Origin: Promethearchaeota archaeon | GTDB lineage: Archaea; Asgardarchaeota; Lokiarchaeia; Sigyniarchaeales; SOKP01 | DNA: 52,838 nt | Reading direction: 5' to 3' | Assembly: GCA_019058365.1 (NCBI GenBank) | Contig: JAHPZE010000030.1 | Location: forward strand, 1 to 52,838 | In this document: positions 9,124 to 18,056 of the stretch, in pieces | Layout: every line of letters starts with the position of its first letter | How positions within the stretch are numbered: the first letter of the stretch is position 1 | Notes under the pieces: model-generated | What the model was told of the DNA's origin: nothing | Database searches by the model: none | What the model saw: the letters and a program-made list of their open reading frames with translations, nothing else | Position numbers and translations under genes: made by a program

Positions 9124-10545
9124 TTATTGATTGATAAATGGAGGTTTGAATCCTTCTGGAAATGGTGAGATATAAGGATTATCTTTAATTTTTTCTTCAA
9201 ATTCGCGTTTTGCCTTATTAATTATTTCAGGATTGTTCATAAATTCTATAGCGGATAACGCTAATATTTTCGCTGCAGTTAGCATTCCTTTATGACCTAT
9301 ACTCATACCAGACGTGCATACATTTTGCCAAGAATGTCCTGGAGACCCCATAATTTGACAAGTTGTAGCAATTTCACCTAAAGGTGTAACTCTTGAGACA
9401 TCAGAGACATCTGAAGAACCTGGCACAATTTTTCCTTTTCCAATTCCGGGAAGTATCATCCGATTTAATGGTTGTTCAAGAATTTGCTTAGCCATATCAC
9501 GTAAATTAGGAGGAATAAAGCGAGAAAAGGCTTCCATTGAACCGGGTGGCAAAGTTTTTTTGAGTTTTTCTGCAAATTCCCGATCTTCTTTATTAAACCT
9601 AGGGGCCCCCACCAATCTCATTTTAGAAAGAAGAACATTCCCAATTACATCATTATGTAAAGGATTATACATTCCCCCTAAAAAATTTATTACCATTTTA
9701 GTTTCTGTCATCAATGCTGCCCCTTCAGCTATTTTAATAACACGTTTATAAAGTTCCTCCACTGAAGAACGCTCAGGAGCTCTAATAAAGTAATATACTT
9801 CAGCTTTATCTGGAACAACATTAGGTGCCTCTCCACCATTTGTAATTACATAATGGATCCTAGCATCAGGAATAATGTGTTCTCTCAAATAATTCACTCC
9901 TACATTCATTAATTCTACAGCATCTAATGCACTTCGTCCATTCTGTGGATCAAAAGCAGCATGAGCAGTACGACCAAGAAATCTGAATTTTACAGAATTA
10001 ATCGCTAATAATGAAACATCATTTATTGCATTCATAAAAGCAGGATGCCATGATAAAGTAATATCGACATCTTTAAATGCCCCTGCATTAATCATATAGC
10101 CCTTACTATTGAATTTTTCCTCAGCAGGGCAACCGTAATATCTTATTGTACCATTAGCATCTCCTGAAAGAATAGCTTCTTTGACCGCAAGAACAGCTCC
10201 TAGTGCCCCTGTACCTAATAAATTGTGTCCACAGCCATGACCTGATGCTCCTTCTTTTAGAGGTCTTTTTATTGGTTCACTAATTTGACTTAAACCGGGT
10301 AATGCGTCATATTCACCTAATATAGCAATTACAGGTTTATTATTACCATAACTAGCATAAAATGCTGTTGGTATGCCTGCAACATTTTTTTCAACGAAAA
10401 ATTCAGCCTTCTCTAATGTTTCTGCTAATAGAGTTGATGATTTATACTCTTCAAAGCCAACTTCTGCAAATTCCCATATTTTATCACTAATTTCAATTAA
10501 TTCTTGCTGATTTTCATTAATCCAATTAGCATATTTTTTTGACAA
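9124..10545 (-). CDS. M20 amidohydrolase, AbgB-like (p-aminobenzoyl-glutamate hydrolase B family)
   Basis: LGEYDALPG, GHGCGHNLLG, GCPAEE, WHP, GSSDVSDVS, PGHSWQ. Confidence 0.88.
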   Translation of the reverse strand: MSKKYANWINENQQELIEISDKIWEFAEVGFEEYKSSTLLAETLEKAEFFVEKNVAGIPTAFYASYGNNKPVIAILGEYDALPGLSQISEPIKRPLKEGASGHGCGHNLLGTGALGAVLAVKEAILSGDANGTIRYYGCPAEEKFNSKGYMINAGAFKDVDITLSWHPAFMNAINDVSLLAINSVKFRFLGRTAHAAFDPQNGRSALDAVELMNVGVNYLREHIIPDARIHYVITNGGEAPNVVPDKAEVYYFIRAPERSSVEELYKRVIKIAEGAALMTETKMVINFLGGMYNPLHNDVIGNVLLSKMRLVGAPRFNKEDREFAEKLKKTLPPGSMEAFSRFIPPNLRDMAKQILEQPLNRMILPGIGKGKIVPGSSDVSDVSRVTPLGEIATTCQIMGSPGHSWQNVCTSGMSIGHKGMLTAAKILALSAIEFMNNPEIINKAKREFEEKIKDNPYISPFPEGFKPPFINQ

Positions 10546-10632
10546 ACTTATTCCCTTTTTTTAATAGGTGCGTTTCCAATAATATAAATAATTAAAAAAA
10601 ATATATATGTTTTATATTATAATTAAATTTTA

Positions 10633-11946
10633 CTATTGTTTCTTAGTTTTATGCTCATATATTTTTGAATCGAGTGTCAAAAACGCTATTATGCCTACAT
10701 TTGAAAGAATTGCCATAAATATAAAAACAACAGAATAAATAAGATATGTATCTGAAGTAATTTCTGACATTAATTCAAATATTATTCCAGTGAGAGTCAA
10801 TCCTAACATCGTCCCAAAATTAACAAATGAAGCACTTAGAGCAAAATAAGAACTCCGAACCTCATGATATTCTCTTGCATATCCACTAGCAATAGCACCA
10901 AAACTCGAGTGACTCCAACCACTCGCAGATCCTACTATGATTACAAAAATTAATAATATTACTACAGAAACAGGAATTAGTAATAAAAGTAAAGAACCTG
11001 TTATAAGAACTAGTGACAAATAATAAGCAAATCTTCTTGATTTTAAATCTGCAACATAACCTCCGAGAAGAGCACCTAATATTATTCCTCCTCCTACTAT
11101 TGATGATATAAAAGCTATTGGGTAATATAAATTAATTTCTGTTTCCGTCATTTCAAGAGTAGCACCTTCAGCCGCAATTATACCTGCACGGATCAAAATG
11201 TAAAGAGAAATAACTGAAAAAATGACTCCATCAATAATCGCAGTAAAAAAAGAAAAAATGAATAGTTTCCAGTTTTTACCTTTGCTGATTATTAATTTAA
11301 GATTACTGAAGTAATTTACTTTTCTTGGTTCTTCAATATCTTTAATATAAAGAATAAATATCGCAAAAACTATAGTTAAGATTCCTAACATAATAAATAT
11401 TAAATCTAATGGCATTATATACATAAAAAGTAAAATTGCCGGACCACCAAGCACAATTCCTACAGATCTAAATCCCCATGTTGCCCCTTGAATACGACCT
11501 AATTGATTTTTAGGAGTAATATCGAGAATAAACCCATCTATCACAGTATCTGACATAGCAATTCCGAACATAGAAAAGAAACCCACTAAAATAATAATTG
11601 CAATAACTGCACTAGGATTTGCACTAACTAGAATAGGTAAAAACATCACAACTAATCCACTAAAAAATAATGCTCCAAGAATCCACGGTTTTCTTCTTCC
11701 TAGTTTTTTAATACCATACTTATCACTTAAAGCACCAAAAATTATTTTAATTATGAAGGGGATCATAATTATTGATCCTAAGAAGGCAATAGTAGAAGCT
11801 TCTATCGAACCTAGTATTTCAAGTAAATAAATTGGTATAATAACCATAAACATACTTTGGGTTATTCCTTGTATTAAATAAAGCAGCGAGAAAATTAGAA
11901 TATAAATATTTTTAAAGTGATATTCCTTTTCTTCCAAAATATCCAC
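10633..11946 (-). CDS. MFS transporter (AmpG/acetyl-CoA transporter-like)
   Basis: 12 TM helices; LYLIQG, SDKYG...GRRKPWI, DTVIDG. Confidence 0.8.
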   Translation of the reverse strand: MDILEEKEYHFKNIYILIFSLLYLIQGITQSMFMVIIPIYLLEILGSIEASTIAFLGSIIMIPFIIKIIFGALSDKYGIKKLGRRKPWILGALFFSGLVVMFLPILVSANPSAVIAIIILVGFFSMFGIAMSDTVIDGFILDITPKNQLGRIQGATWGFRSVGIVLGGPAILLFMYIMPLDLIFIMLGILTIVFAIFILYIKDIEEPRKVNYFSNLKLIISKGKNWKLFIFSFFTAIIDGVIFSVISLYILIRAGIIAAEGATLEMTETEINLYYPIAFISSIVGGGIILGALLGGYVADLKSRRFAYYLSLVLITGSLLLLLIPVSVVILLIFVIIVGSASGWSHSSFGAIASGYAREYHEVRSSYFALSASFVNFGTMLGLTLTGIIFELMSEITSDTYLIYSVVFIFMAILSNVGIIAFLTLDSKIYEHKTKKQ

Positions 11947-12084
11947 CCAGATATATTAAATACATCTTTTAAATAGTTATTTAAATCTCATTTTTAGTTG
12001 ATTAGTAAATATTTAGGTTATTTATATTAATAAAGATTTAGGTTATTTATTTATTAAAACGCAGAGTTTGAAGTAAGAGAGAGA

Positions 12085-12483
12085 ATGATAAGACACATAA
12101 TCGAAAATTTGAAGTTAGAAATGCCCAGATTTTATAATGATGATGCAATTCAAGAGATTCTTAAAGAAGAATCTAGCTTACGTAATGAATTATATTCAAT
12201 AATAAGCTCTATTTTAAAATATTTTGCTACTTTCGACAATCGTAATTTCGCTAAAATGCTTTTAGAATATTTAAGATTTTATAATATGTTAAGAAGTTTT
12301 GCTATTCTACCTCACATTAAAAATCAAAAAGATTATGAGAGATCATTCACATATCCACCTTTAAGTATTGAAGACTTGAAAATTGCTGAGGTAATAAAAT
12401 TACTTCCGTTAAAGTTAAGTACGTTTGAGAAAAAATTAAAGAATAGAGTGAAAATTCTAAAAGACACCGATTCCAACTTTTGA
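12085..12483 (+). CDS. Hypothetical protein, possibly a truncated or degenerate PIN-domain protein
   Basis: C-terminal LSIEDLKIAE...LSTFEKKL resembles the PIN LSxxD...LxTxDxxL pattern; the N-terminal acidic strand is not evident. Confidence 0.4.
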   Translation: MIRHIIENLKLEMPRFYNDDAIQEILKEESSLRNELYSIISSILKYFATFDNRNFAKMLLEYLRFYNMLRSFAILPHIKNQKDYERSFTYPPLSIEDLKIAEVIKLLPLKLSTFEKKLKNRVKILKDTDSNF

Positions 12484-12553
12484 ATCCTTTCTTACTTATT
12501 GCTAGAATGATAATTAGAATTATCAGTCACTTTTAATTTTCCTTCTTTTTTAG

Positions 12554-12595
12554 ATTGTCAAACACATTCTGAAAATCGCTATTGATTTAGTGTAA
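12554..12595 (+). pseudogene. Remnant of the 3' end of a histone gene
   Basis: attgtcaaacac matches histone attgccaaacac; CTG AAA ATC GCT ATT GAT TTA GTG TAA (LKIAIDLV*) matches MKIAIGLI*. Confidence 0.75.
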
Positions 12596-12886
12596 ATCAT
12601 AAATTTTTTCGATTTCAATATTTCCAGCAATTTTTTTATTTTTTTTTTAAATTACTTTAAACCTGAATCTTTACCTTTACTATTTTTATGAATGTGTGCT
12701 GTTAGTTTTATATATTAGTTTAACAGAATAAATTCATATGATATTTTTTAAACAAGGTGAAAATTAAAGTTGTTCTTAGATAAATTTAAAGAATCTCCTA
12801 AAGATAGACTTATTATTTTATTAACAATAATCGGTTTAGCAATAGTTTTATTAACCTACATACTAATATTCATGCCTATTGAGGCT
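12571..12886 (+). repeat. Direct repeat copy 2
   Basis: Aligns with 8771-9082. Confidence 0.95.
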
Positions 12887-13327
12887 GCTGTTCCAACTTA
12901 TGGAATTCTAGATTATGAATTTGCCTGGACTTCTGATAGAGTGGAATTAATCCTCTCAGTATGGGGTTCAGATGGAATAGTTAGACAGACGTTTGCAATA
13001 TATTGGGATTTTTTGTATATTGTTGGATATGTTTCTTTAGCTCTTGGATTAATTTTGCTTGTATTAAGGAGATCAGAAGGAAAAATTCAAACTCTTGGTC
13101 TTTATTTTACCCTAGCACCTTTTCTGACAGGGATTTTTGATATAATCGAGAATATTAATTTACTTATAATGCTTGGGACTCCTACAGCCATTTTAACTAT
13201 AAATCCACTTATTGCATCAATTAGTGCGTTAATAAAGTTCAGTTTCTTATTTGCATCGATATTTTATTTTGTAACAGCAATGATTATCCTAGCTATAAAT
13301 AGAATTCAGAAGCGTGAGAATAAATAA
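12770..13327 (+). CDS. Hypothetical 4-TM membrane protein
   Basis: TTG start with AAGGTGA Shine-Dalgarno; hydrophobic helices; FDIIEN motif. Confidence 0.8.
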   Translation: MFLDKFKESPKDRLIILLTIIGLAIVLLTYILIFMPIEAAVPTYGILDYEFAWTSDRVELILSVWGSDGIVRQTFAIYWDFLYIVGYVSLALGLILLVLRRSEGKIQTLGLYFTLAPFLTGIFDIIENINLLIMLGTPTAILTINPLIASISALIKFSFLFASIFYFVTAMIILAINRIQKRENK

Positions 13328-13401
13328 TCTTATTTTTTTTAATTTATTACTAAATCTACTTACTTTCTTTTTTTAAATTCACAAGAAATTTTATACTATT
13401 T

Positions 13402-13584
13402 ATGGTATTAAATGCTTGTTGTAATAAATGTGGAAGTACCATGATAAATAATGACATAGTACGTTCGGATGGTGGTAATTCAACTCAATATCAATGTTCT
13501 CAATGTGGATATTGTTATGAATCAGGATTTCGGTATAACACATTAATTAAACAATTCGTAAAATATGTACGATTTAGTCCATAA
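13402..13584 (+). CDS. Small zinc-ribbon protein
   Basis: CNKCGS...YQCSQCGY, two CxxC knuckles in 60 aa. Confidence 0.7.
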   Translation: MVLNACCNKCGSTMINNDIVRSDGGNSTQYQCSQCGYCYESGFRYNTLIKQFVKYVRFSP

Positions 13585-13682
13585 AGGTCTTGTAATAATT
13601 AATTTCTTTATTTTATTTGCTAGGATATGTACTAGGGTGTAATCTTATAAAACTCAAATTATATATTTGAATTTAACTTAAT

Positions 13683-13796
13683 ACTCTACATCAATTGGCA
13701 AGAACAAATGATTTAGTAAAACTCGAGGAAATGAAATTTTCCTGCAGAGAAAGATAAATCTACTAGAACAATAAAAAACATTAGAGAGTGTTTTTT
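13683..13796 (+). ncRNA. Candidate structured RNA or leader
   Basis: Nested stems ACTCT/AGAGT, GATTTA/TAAATC, CTC/GAG, AGGAAA/TTTCCT; TATA-like CTTATAAA upstream; T-run after. Confidence 0.35.
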
Positions 13797-13997
13797 AATT
13801 CAGAGAGTGAATGTCTTCATATACAACGGTTATCAAACAAATGTTGTGGAGCACAATGTGGATTTTATAAATCAAAAAATCCAATTAGAAAGAGAATTAA
13901 TAATGAATAATTTACTAACAAAATATAGGATAAATTTTCAAAATTTAATTCCTGTAAAAAATAAAAAGAAAGAAAATCCTAAAGCCGTGACAAAGCT

Positions 13998-14036
13998 GTC
14001 TTTGAGTATCTCGTTTTTTTCATACTCATTTCATTC
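13998..14036 (-). promoter_or_regulatory. Eukaryote-type SECIS candidate in the 3' UTR of the selenoprotein
   Basis: Minus strand AUGA-AAUGAGUAUG-AAAAAAA-CGAG-AUACUCA-AA-GA: AUGA-N10-AA-N18-GA with stem UGAGUAU/AUACUCA. Confidence 0.6.
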
Positions 14037-14582
14037 TTAATTAGGATTTATTAGATATTTATCAATTATTTCTATCATCATTTCAATTGAAGGTCTATCA
14101 GTTTTATCTTTTCCTATATATTTCCAGATAATTTCACTTTTATTATCGATGAGAAACTTACTTGGTACTGCTTGTTTTGTTTTATAATTTTTTCCTCCCC
14201 CAGATGCAAACCAGTAAACGCCATATTCTTTCGCAATTTTAGCACCTCTATCAGAAATAATATCTATTTTAAAACCATTCTCTTCTTTAAATTTTCTCAA
14301 AAGTCTGACGCTATCACTTGCAATAGAGATAATCTTAATCTTTCGATTTTCAAATTCAGAAATATGCTCAGTTAACAGTTTTAAATGCTTTTTACAATGA
14401 CTTCACCAATTACCGCGAAAAAAATCTATTAAAACGCCATCGTAAGTTTGAAGAAGATCATTTAGATTCATTGGATTCTCGTAAATATCTACAGTATTTA
14501 TCATTGGCGCTTTGGTCTTTATTTGAATCCCCTTTGGTCTTGGAGGTTCTTTATTGTTAATAACCGTTATTAAACACACCAT
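14037..14582 (-). CDS. Peroxiredoxin-like (AhpC/TSA, thioredoxin fold) selenoprotein with a UxxC motif
   Basis: One continuous frame except TGA at 14403-14405: ...VLIDFFRGNW-U-SHCKKHL...IISIASD...IISDRGAKIAKEYGV...AVPSKFLID; the ORF track shows only the C-terminal 87 aa. Confidence 0.88.
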
Positions 14583-14674
14583 TCTAAAGTAAATTTTATA
14601 AATATAAATTAAGATGGAAAATTTAAATTTTACTTAAATTTATAACTAAAAAAATTAGATGATCCTTCTCATTC

Positions 14675-15199
14675 TTAACTTGAATACTTTTCGAAAAGAA
14701 TTTCTGTAATAACATTGAAAGCTTTTTCTACGTTCTCCCCTGTTTTAGATGATAATTCCACGAAAGAAGCAAGATTATATTTTTTTGCTGCTAAAATTCC
14801 ATCATCGCGAGTTACTGCTCGAAATTCATTTAAGTCTACTTTTGATCCAATTAACATTATCGGTATATCTCCTGCATGCTCTCTAATTACTTGTGTCCAA
14901 TCTGGTAAATGATCTAACGATGTTTGATTAGTAATGTCATATAAAAAAAATGCTCCATTTGCACCTTTGCTATATTGAGAGAGTAGAAATCGAAATCGTT
15001 CTTCCCCACCAAAATCCCAAATTTGTAATTTTACTTTTTTATTTTTAAAGGAGGTTGTCTTACTATAAAAATCTACACCAATAGTTAATTTAAGGTCCTC
15101 CATGAAGAATCCAGAAATATATCTCATCGTTAATGAAGTTTTCCCTACAGATGCATCTCCTAGCATCATAATTTTAAAAGTATAATCGTAATCAGTCAT
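14675..15199 (-). CDS. Rab-like small GTPase
   Basis: GDASVGKT, TIGVDF, LQIWDFGGEERF, SKVD, LSSKTG. Confidence 0.93.
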   Translation of the reverse strand: MTDYDYTFKIMMLGDASVGKTSLTMRYISGFFMEDLKLTIGVDFYSKTTSFKNKKVKLQIWDFGGEERFRFLLSQYSKGANGAFFLYDITNQTSLDHLPDWTQVIREHAGDIPIMLIGSKVDLNEFRAVTRDDGILAAKKYNLASFVELSSKTGENVEKAFNVITEILFEKYSS

Positions 15200-15334
15200 A
15201 ATTTTTGATGATTCGGATATTTTGAGGGCTTTTCTCGAATTTCAATAAATACATTTGAAATTATAATAGTAATATACCTAATATTAATTAATTTTTGTCT
15301 AATTTAAAATTAATAATTTCACCAATCGTAAAAT

Positions 15335-15976
15335 TCATATTAACAAAATAAGAACATTAAAAAAAGAATGAGCGATTGAACAAGGAATTAGGGAATAATT
15401 AAAATACACATAAATAAGAGATAACATCAATCCAAATGTGAAATAATAACCGAAAAATGTTATGCTTGTAGTTAATGGTACTAAAAAAGGAGGTATATGA
15501 TATATTGTAAAAAAAATTGATGATATGATAAGTGAATAGGTTAATTTCAATTTAGTTTTCAATTTCTGTATTAGAAAACCTCTGAAAAAAGCTTCTTCGC
15601 AAGGACCAATAATTATTATTTGCAAGATTACTAGGATTATTAGTTGAATATAATTGGGTTGAATAGGAGATGTATTAATAGTTCCTTCTTGCCCAAGTTC
15701 GACAAATTCAGTGCTAAAAATATTTCCTATAATAAAATCCCGGAAAAAAATTATGATGTAATTGCCAAAAAAAAAGAAAATGATTCCAAAACTTAAGCCT
15801 GATACTATTTTAATAAAGATATCTTCATTTTTTTGAAATCCCATTCCTTTTATAGCATCCTTAAAAGGAATTTTTTCCAATTTGCTAGATAGTAGAGCAG
15901 GAACAACAATAAAAAAAATTTCAAAGAGCATTAACCCTATCAAGATCCAAGGGTTTTCTCCCAAATTTATTGCCAT
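15335..15976 (-). CDS. CPBP (Rce1/Abi, CAAX-type) intramembrane glutamic protease
   Basis: EEAFFRG, FTIYH and AHSFFN motifs intact. Confidence 0.88.
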   Translation of the reverse strand: MAINLGENPWILIGLMLFEIFFIVVPALLSSKLEKIPFKDAIKGMGFQKNEDIFIKIVSGLSFGIIFFFFGNYIIIFFRDFIIGNIFSTEFVELGQEGTINTSPIQPNYIQLIILVILQIIIIGPCEEAFFRGFLIQKLKTKLKLTYSLIISSIFFTIYHIPPFLVPLTTSITFFGYYFTFGLMLSLIYVYFNYSLIPCSIAHSFFNVLILLI

Positions 15977-16069
15977 TTTTCTTATAATTATGTTTTCAAA
16001 TAATCCTCATAAATCAAAAAATTAAATATCTCATTATTATTATTATTAATTCTACTTTTTGTACTTTTA

Positions 16070-17347
16070 ATGATTAGGGATAAGTTCATAAACACAGAAT
16101 TAAAATCTTCTGATCTCTATAGTCATAGTAAAGAGATTAATAAAAATCATGGACTAACGAAAGAACAACTTTTATTAAAGGATCTTAAAGCTATTGCAAA
16201 TGAGTATTTAGCACTTGAAAAATTAAAACAAAATTTCATTGGTATAATTTTGAAAAATCTTGATTCTTTAGATTTCTCAAAATTCATTGATTATCCCAGA
16301 TTTTACATAAAAGAAGATTTTTTAAAACGAGAAGTATCTTCCGCTAATATTAGGGGTTTAAATGTAGTGAGTGTTGATGGAAGTTCGGTGACTAAAAAAT
16401 TTATGAACGTTGACTTTTCATTTTTAAAAGCAATCGCTACAAAATATTATTTTCAAAAAAATTATGTTGCAAAAATTGTATATTATCCCGATCTAAATGG
16501 TTTTAATAATTATTATGTACAAGCAAATTTCCTTAATCAAGATGAAACTACGGTAGAAACTAAAATTTCGATTGACATGAATTTCATGGAGATCAATCTT
16601 CTGAATAATATGATAAGAAAAACTCCTGAGATTGATATGATAATAATTGATGGATCGATTGTTATTATGCCAATCAACTTATTATTTTCTAAAGATCCAG
16701 AAATATCGAGAAAGTATGACAAGCTTCTAAAAGAATATCATAATTTGTATTCATATTGTAAGGAAAATGGAATATTGTTAATTGGCTCAATTAAAGATAC
16801 CAGAACTTCTGCTTTAACGCATCTTTTACAAGAATCTATCCAATTATTGAAACCCAGCTATTCAAATCTAACTGATTTTCTTAAAATAAATTATCGAAAA
16901 GTAATGGAATTTTTCTCAGATCTAGACTTGTTTAACCGTGTATTGAAGAAGAATGAGAGATCTTGTATTTTTAACTGTAAAAGAGAAATTGATAAAATTA
17001 GAGATACTGGAATCAAAAAAGAAATACCATATTATTTTCCCCTATCATTTTATGCATTTTACTTAAAGACTACACGATTTGATACACCTTGTAGGATAGA
17101 ATTTTTTATGGATGAAAAACATTTATTTAAAAAAGCTTCTGAGAAAGCAGATTTAATATCTTCAATATTAATGCCAATATCAAGCTTGAATGAACATTAT
17201 GGTTTACCAATCCCTCAAATTGAAGCTCATAAAAGGGCTGTATTTAAACCAAAAGAAGTTGATTTATTACTCAATAATTTAATTAGGACGTTAAATACCC
17301 ATGGTGTTTCTTTATTAGAAAAAAGAAGAGATCGAAGACCTTTCTAA
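16070..17347 (+). CDS. nurA: NurA-family nuclease
   Basis: VSVDGS, IIIDGS, GSIKDT, YGLPIPQIEAHKRA. Confidence 0.8.
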   Translation: MIRDKFINTELKSSDLYSHSKEINKNHGLTKEQLLLKDLKAIANEYLALEKLKQNFIGIILKNLDSLDFSKFIDYPRFYIKEDFLKREVSSANIRGLNVVSVDGSSVTKKFMNVDFSFLKAIATKYYFQKNYVAKIVYYPDLNGFNNYYVQANFLNQDETTVETKISIDMNFMEINLLNNMIRKTPEIDMIIIDGSIVIMPINLLFSKDPEISRKYDKLLKEYHNLYSYCKENGILLIGSIKDTRTSALTHLLQESIQLLKPSYSNLTDFLKINYRKVMEFFSDLDLFNRVLKKNERSCIFNCKREIDKIRDTGIKKEIPYYFPLSFYAFYLKTTRFDTPCRIEFFMDEKHLFKKASEKADLISSILMPISSLNEHYGLPIPQIEAHKRAVFKPKEVDLLLNNLIRTLNTHGVSLLEKRRDRRPF

Positions 17348-18039
17348 TGAGTTTTATATTGTAGCTTGTTTAAAAAAATATCCTCGAAAAATATATGTTG
17401 TTTTTCCACTATTTCATTTTCATAATTTAAATTTTTAATTTTTTTATTTAATTTTAGTAAGTCAGTCCTACTTGATGTTATGCAATAAATACTGTGATCT
17501 TTCTTCAAGTTTAGAAAAAGTTTGGCATTTTCAAGAAAATTGATTAAAGTTTCATATCCTTTTAATCCACCATCCCAACTATAATCCATAATTTTGTTAT
17601 TATAATTTTTGTTTATTAATTGTGAGGATGGCAAGTAGGGAGGATTAAAAACAATAATATTAAAAGAATGTTTTAAACGTTCTGGAAAGGATAGAAATAA
17701 ATCAGATTGGAAAAAAATGATTTCTTTATTGACATTATTCGCTCCTTCATTTATTTTAGCACACTCTATTGCTTCTTTTAAAATATCTGAAGCATATATT
17801 TTAGGATTAAAATTTAGGTATTGTACTTTAATTAATTGAAAAAAAATAGCAATTATCCCTGTTCCAGTACCTAAATCTAAAACATTTTCAATCTCACTAA
17901 TAGGTATACCATCAAAATTATTTTCATCAATATTACGTTTGAAATAATCAATTAATAAAAAACTGTCATCAGAAGGGGTATAAACATTTTTATAATCACA
18001 ATTAATTATTGGATCGGGTATGAAAGGAATGGGTATCAC
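17344..18039 (-). CDS. HemK2/PrmC-like protein N5-glutamine methyltransferase
   Basis: VYTPSDDSFLL, VLDLGTGTG, FNPPY, WDGG; usual position after rsmA. Confidence 0.88.
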   Translation of the reverse strand: MIPIPFIPDPIINCDYKNVYTPSDDSFLLIDYFKRNIDENNFDGIPISEIENVLDLGTGTGIIAIFFQLIKVQYLNFNPKIYASDILKEAIECAKINEGANNVNKEIIFFQSDLFLSFPERLKHSFNIIVFNPPYLPSSQLINKNYNNKIMDYSWDGGLKGYETLINFLENAKLFLNLKKDHSIYCITSSRTDLLKLNKKIKNLNYENEIVEKQHIFFEDIFLNKLQYKTH

Positions 18040-18056
18040 TTATTCTTAATTTTCTT

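Noticed and set aside
13807-14040. 77-aa GTG ORF
   Set aside because: Low-complexity N/K-rich sequence with no motif, running antisense through the SECIS candidate; not supportable as a gene, though not excluded.
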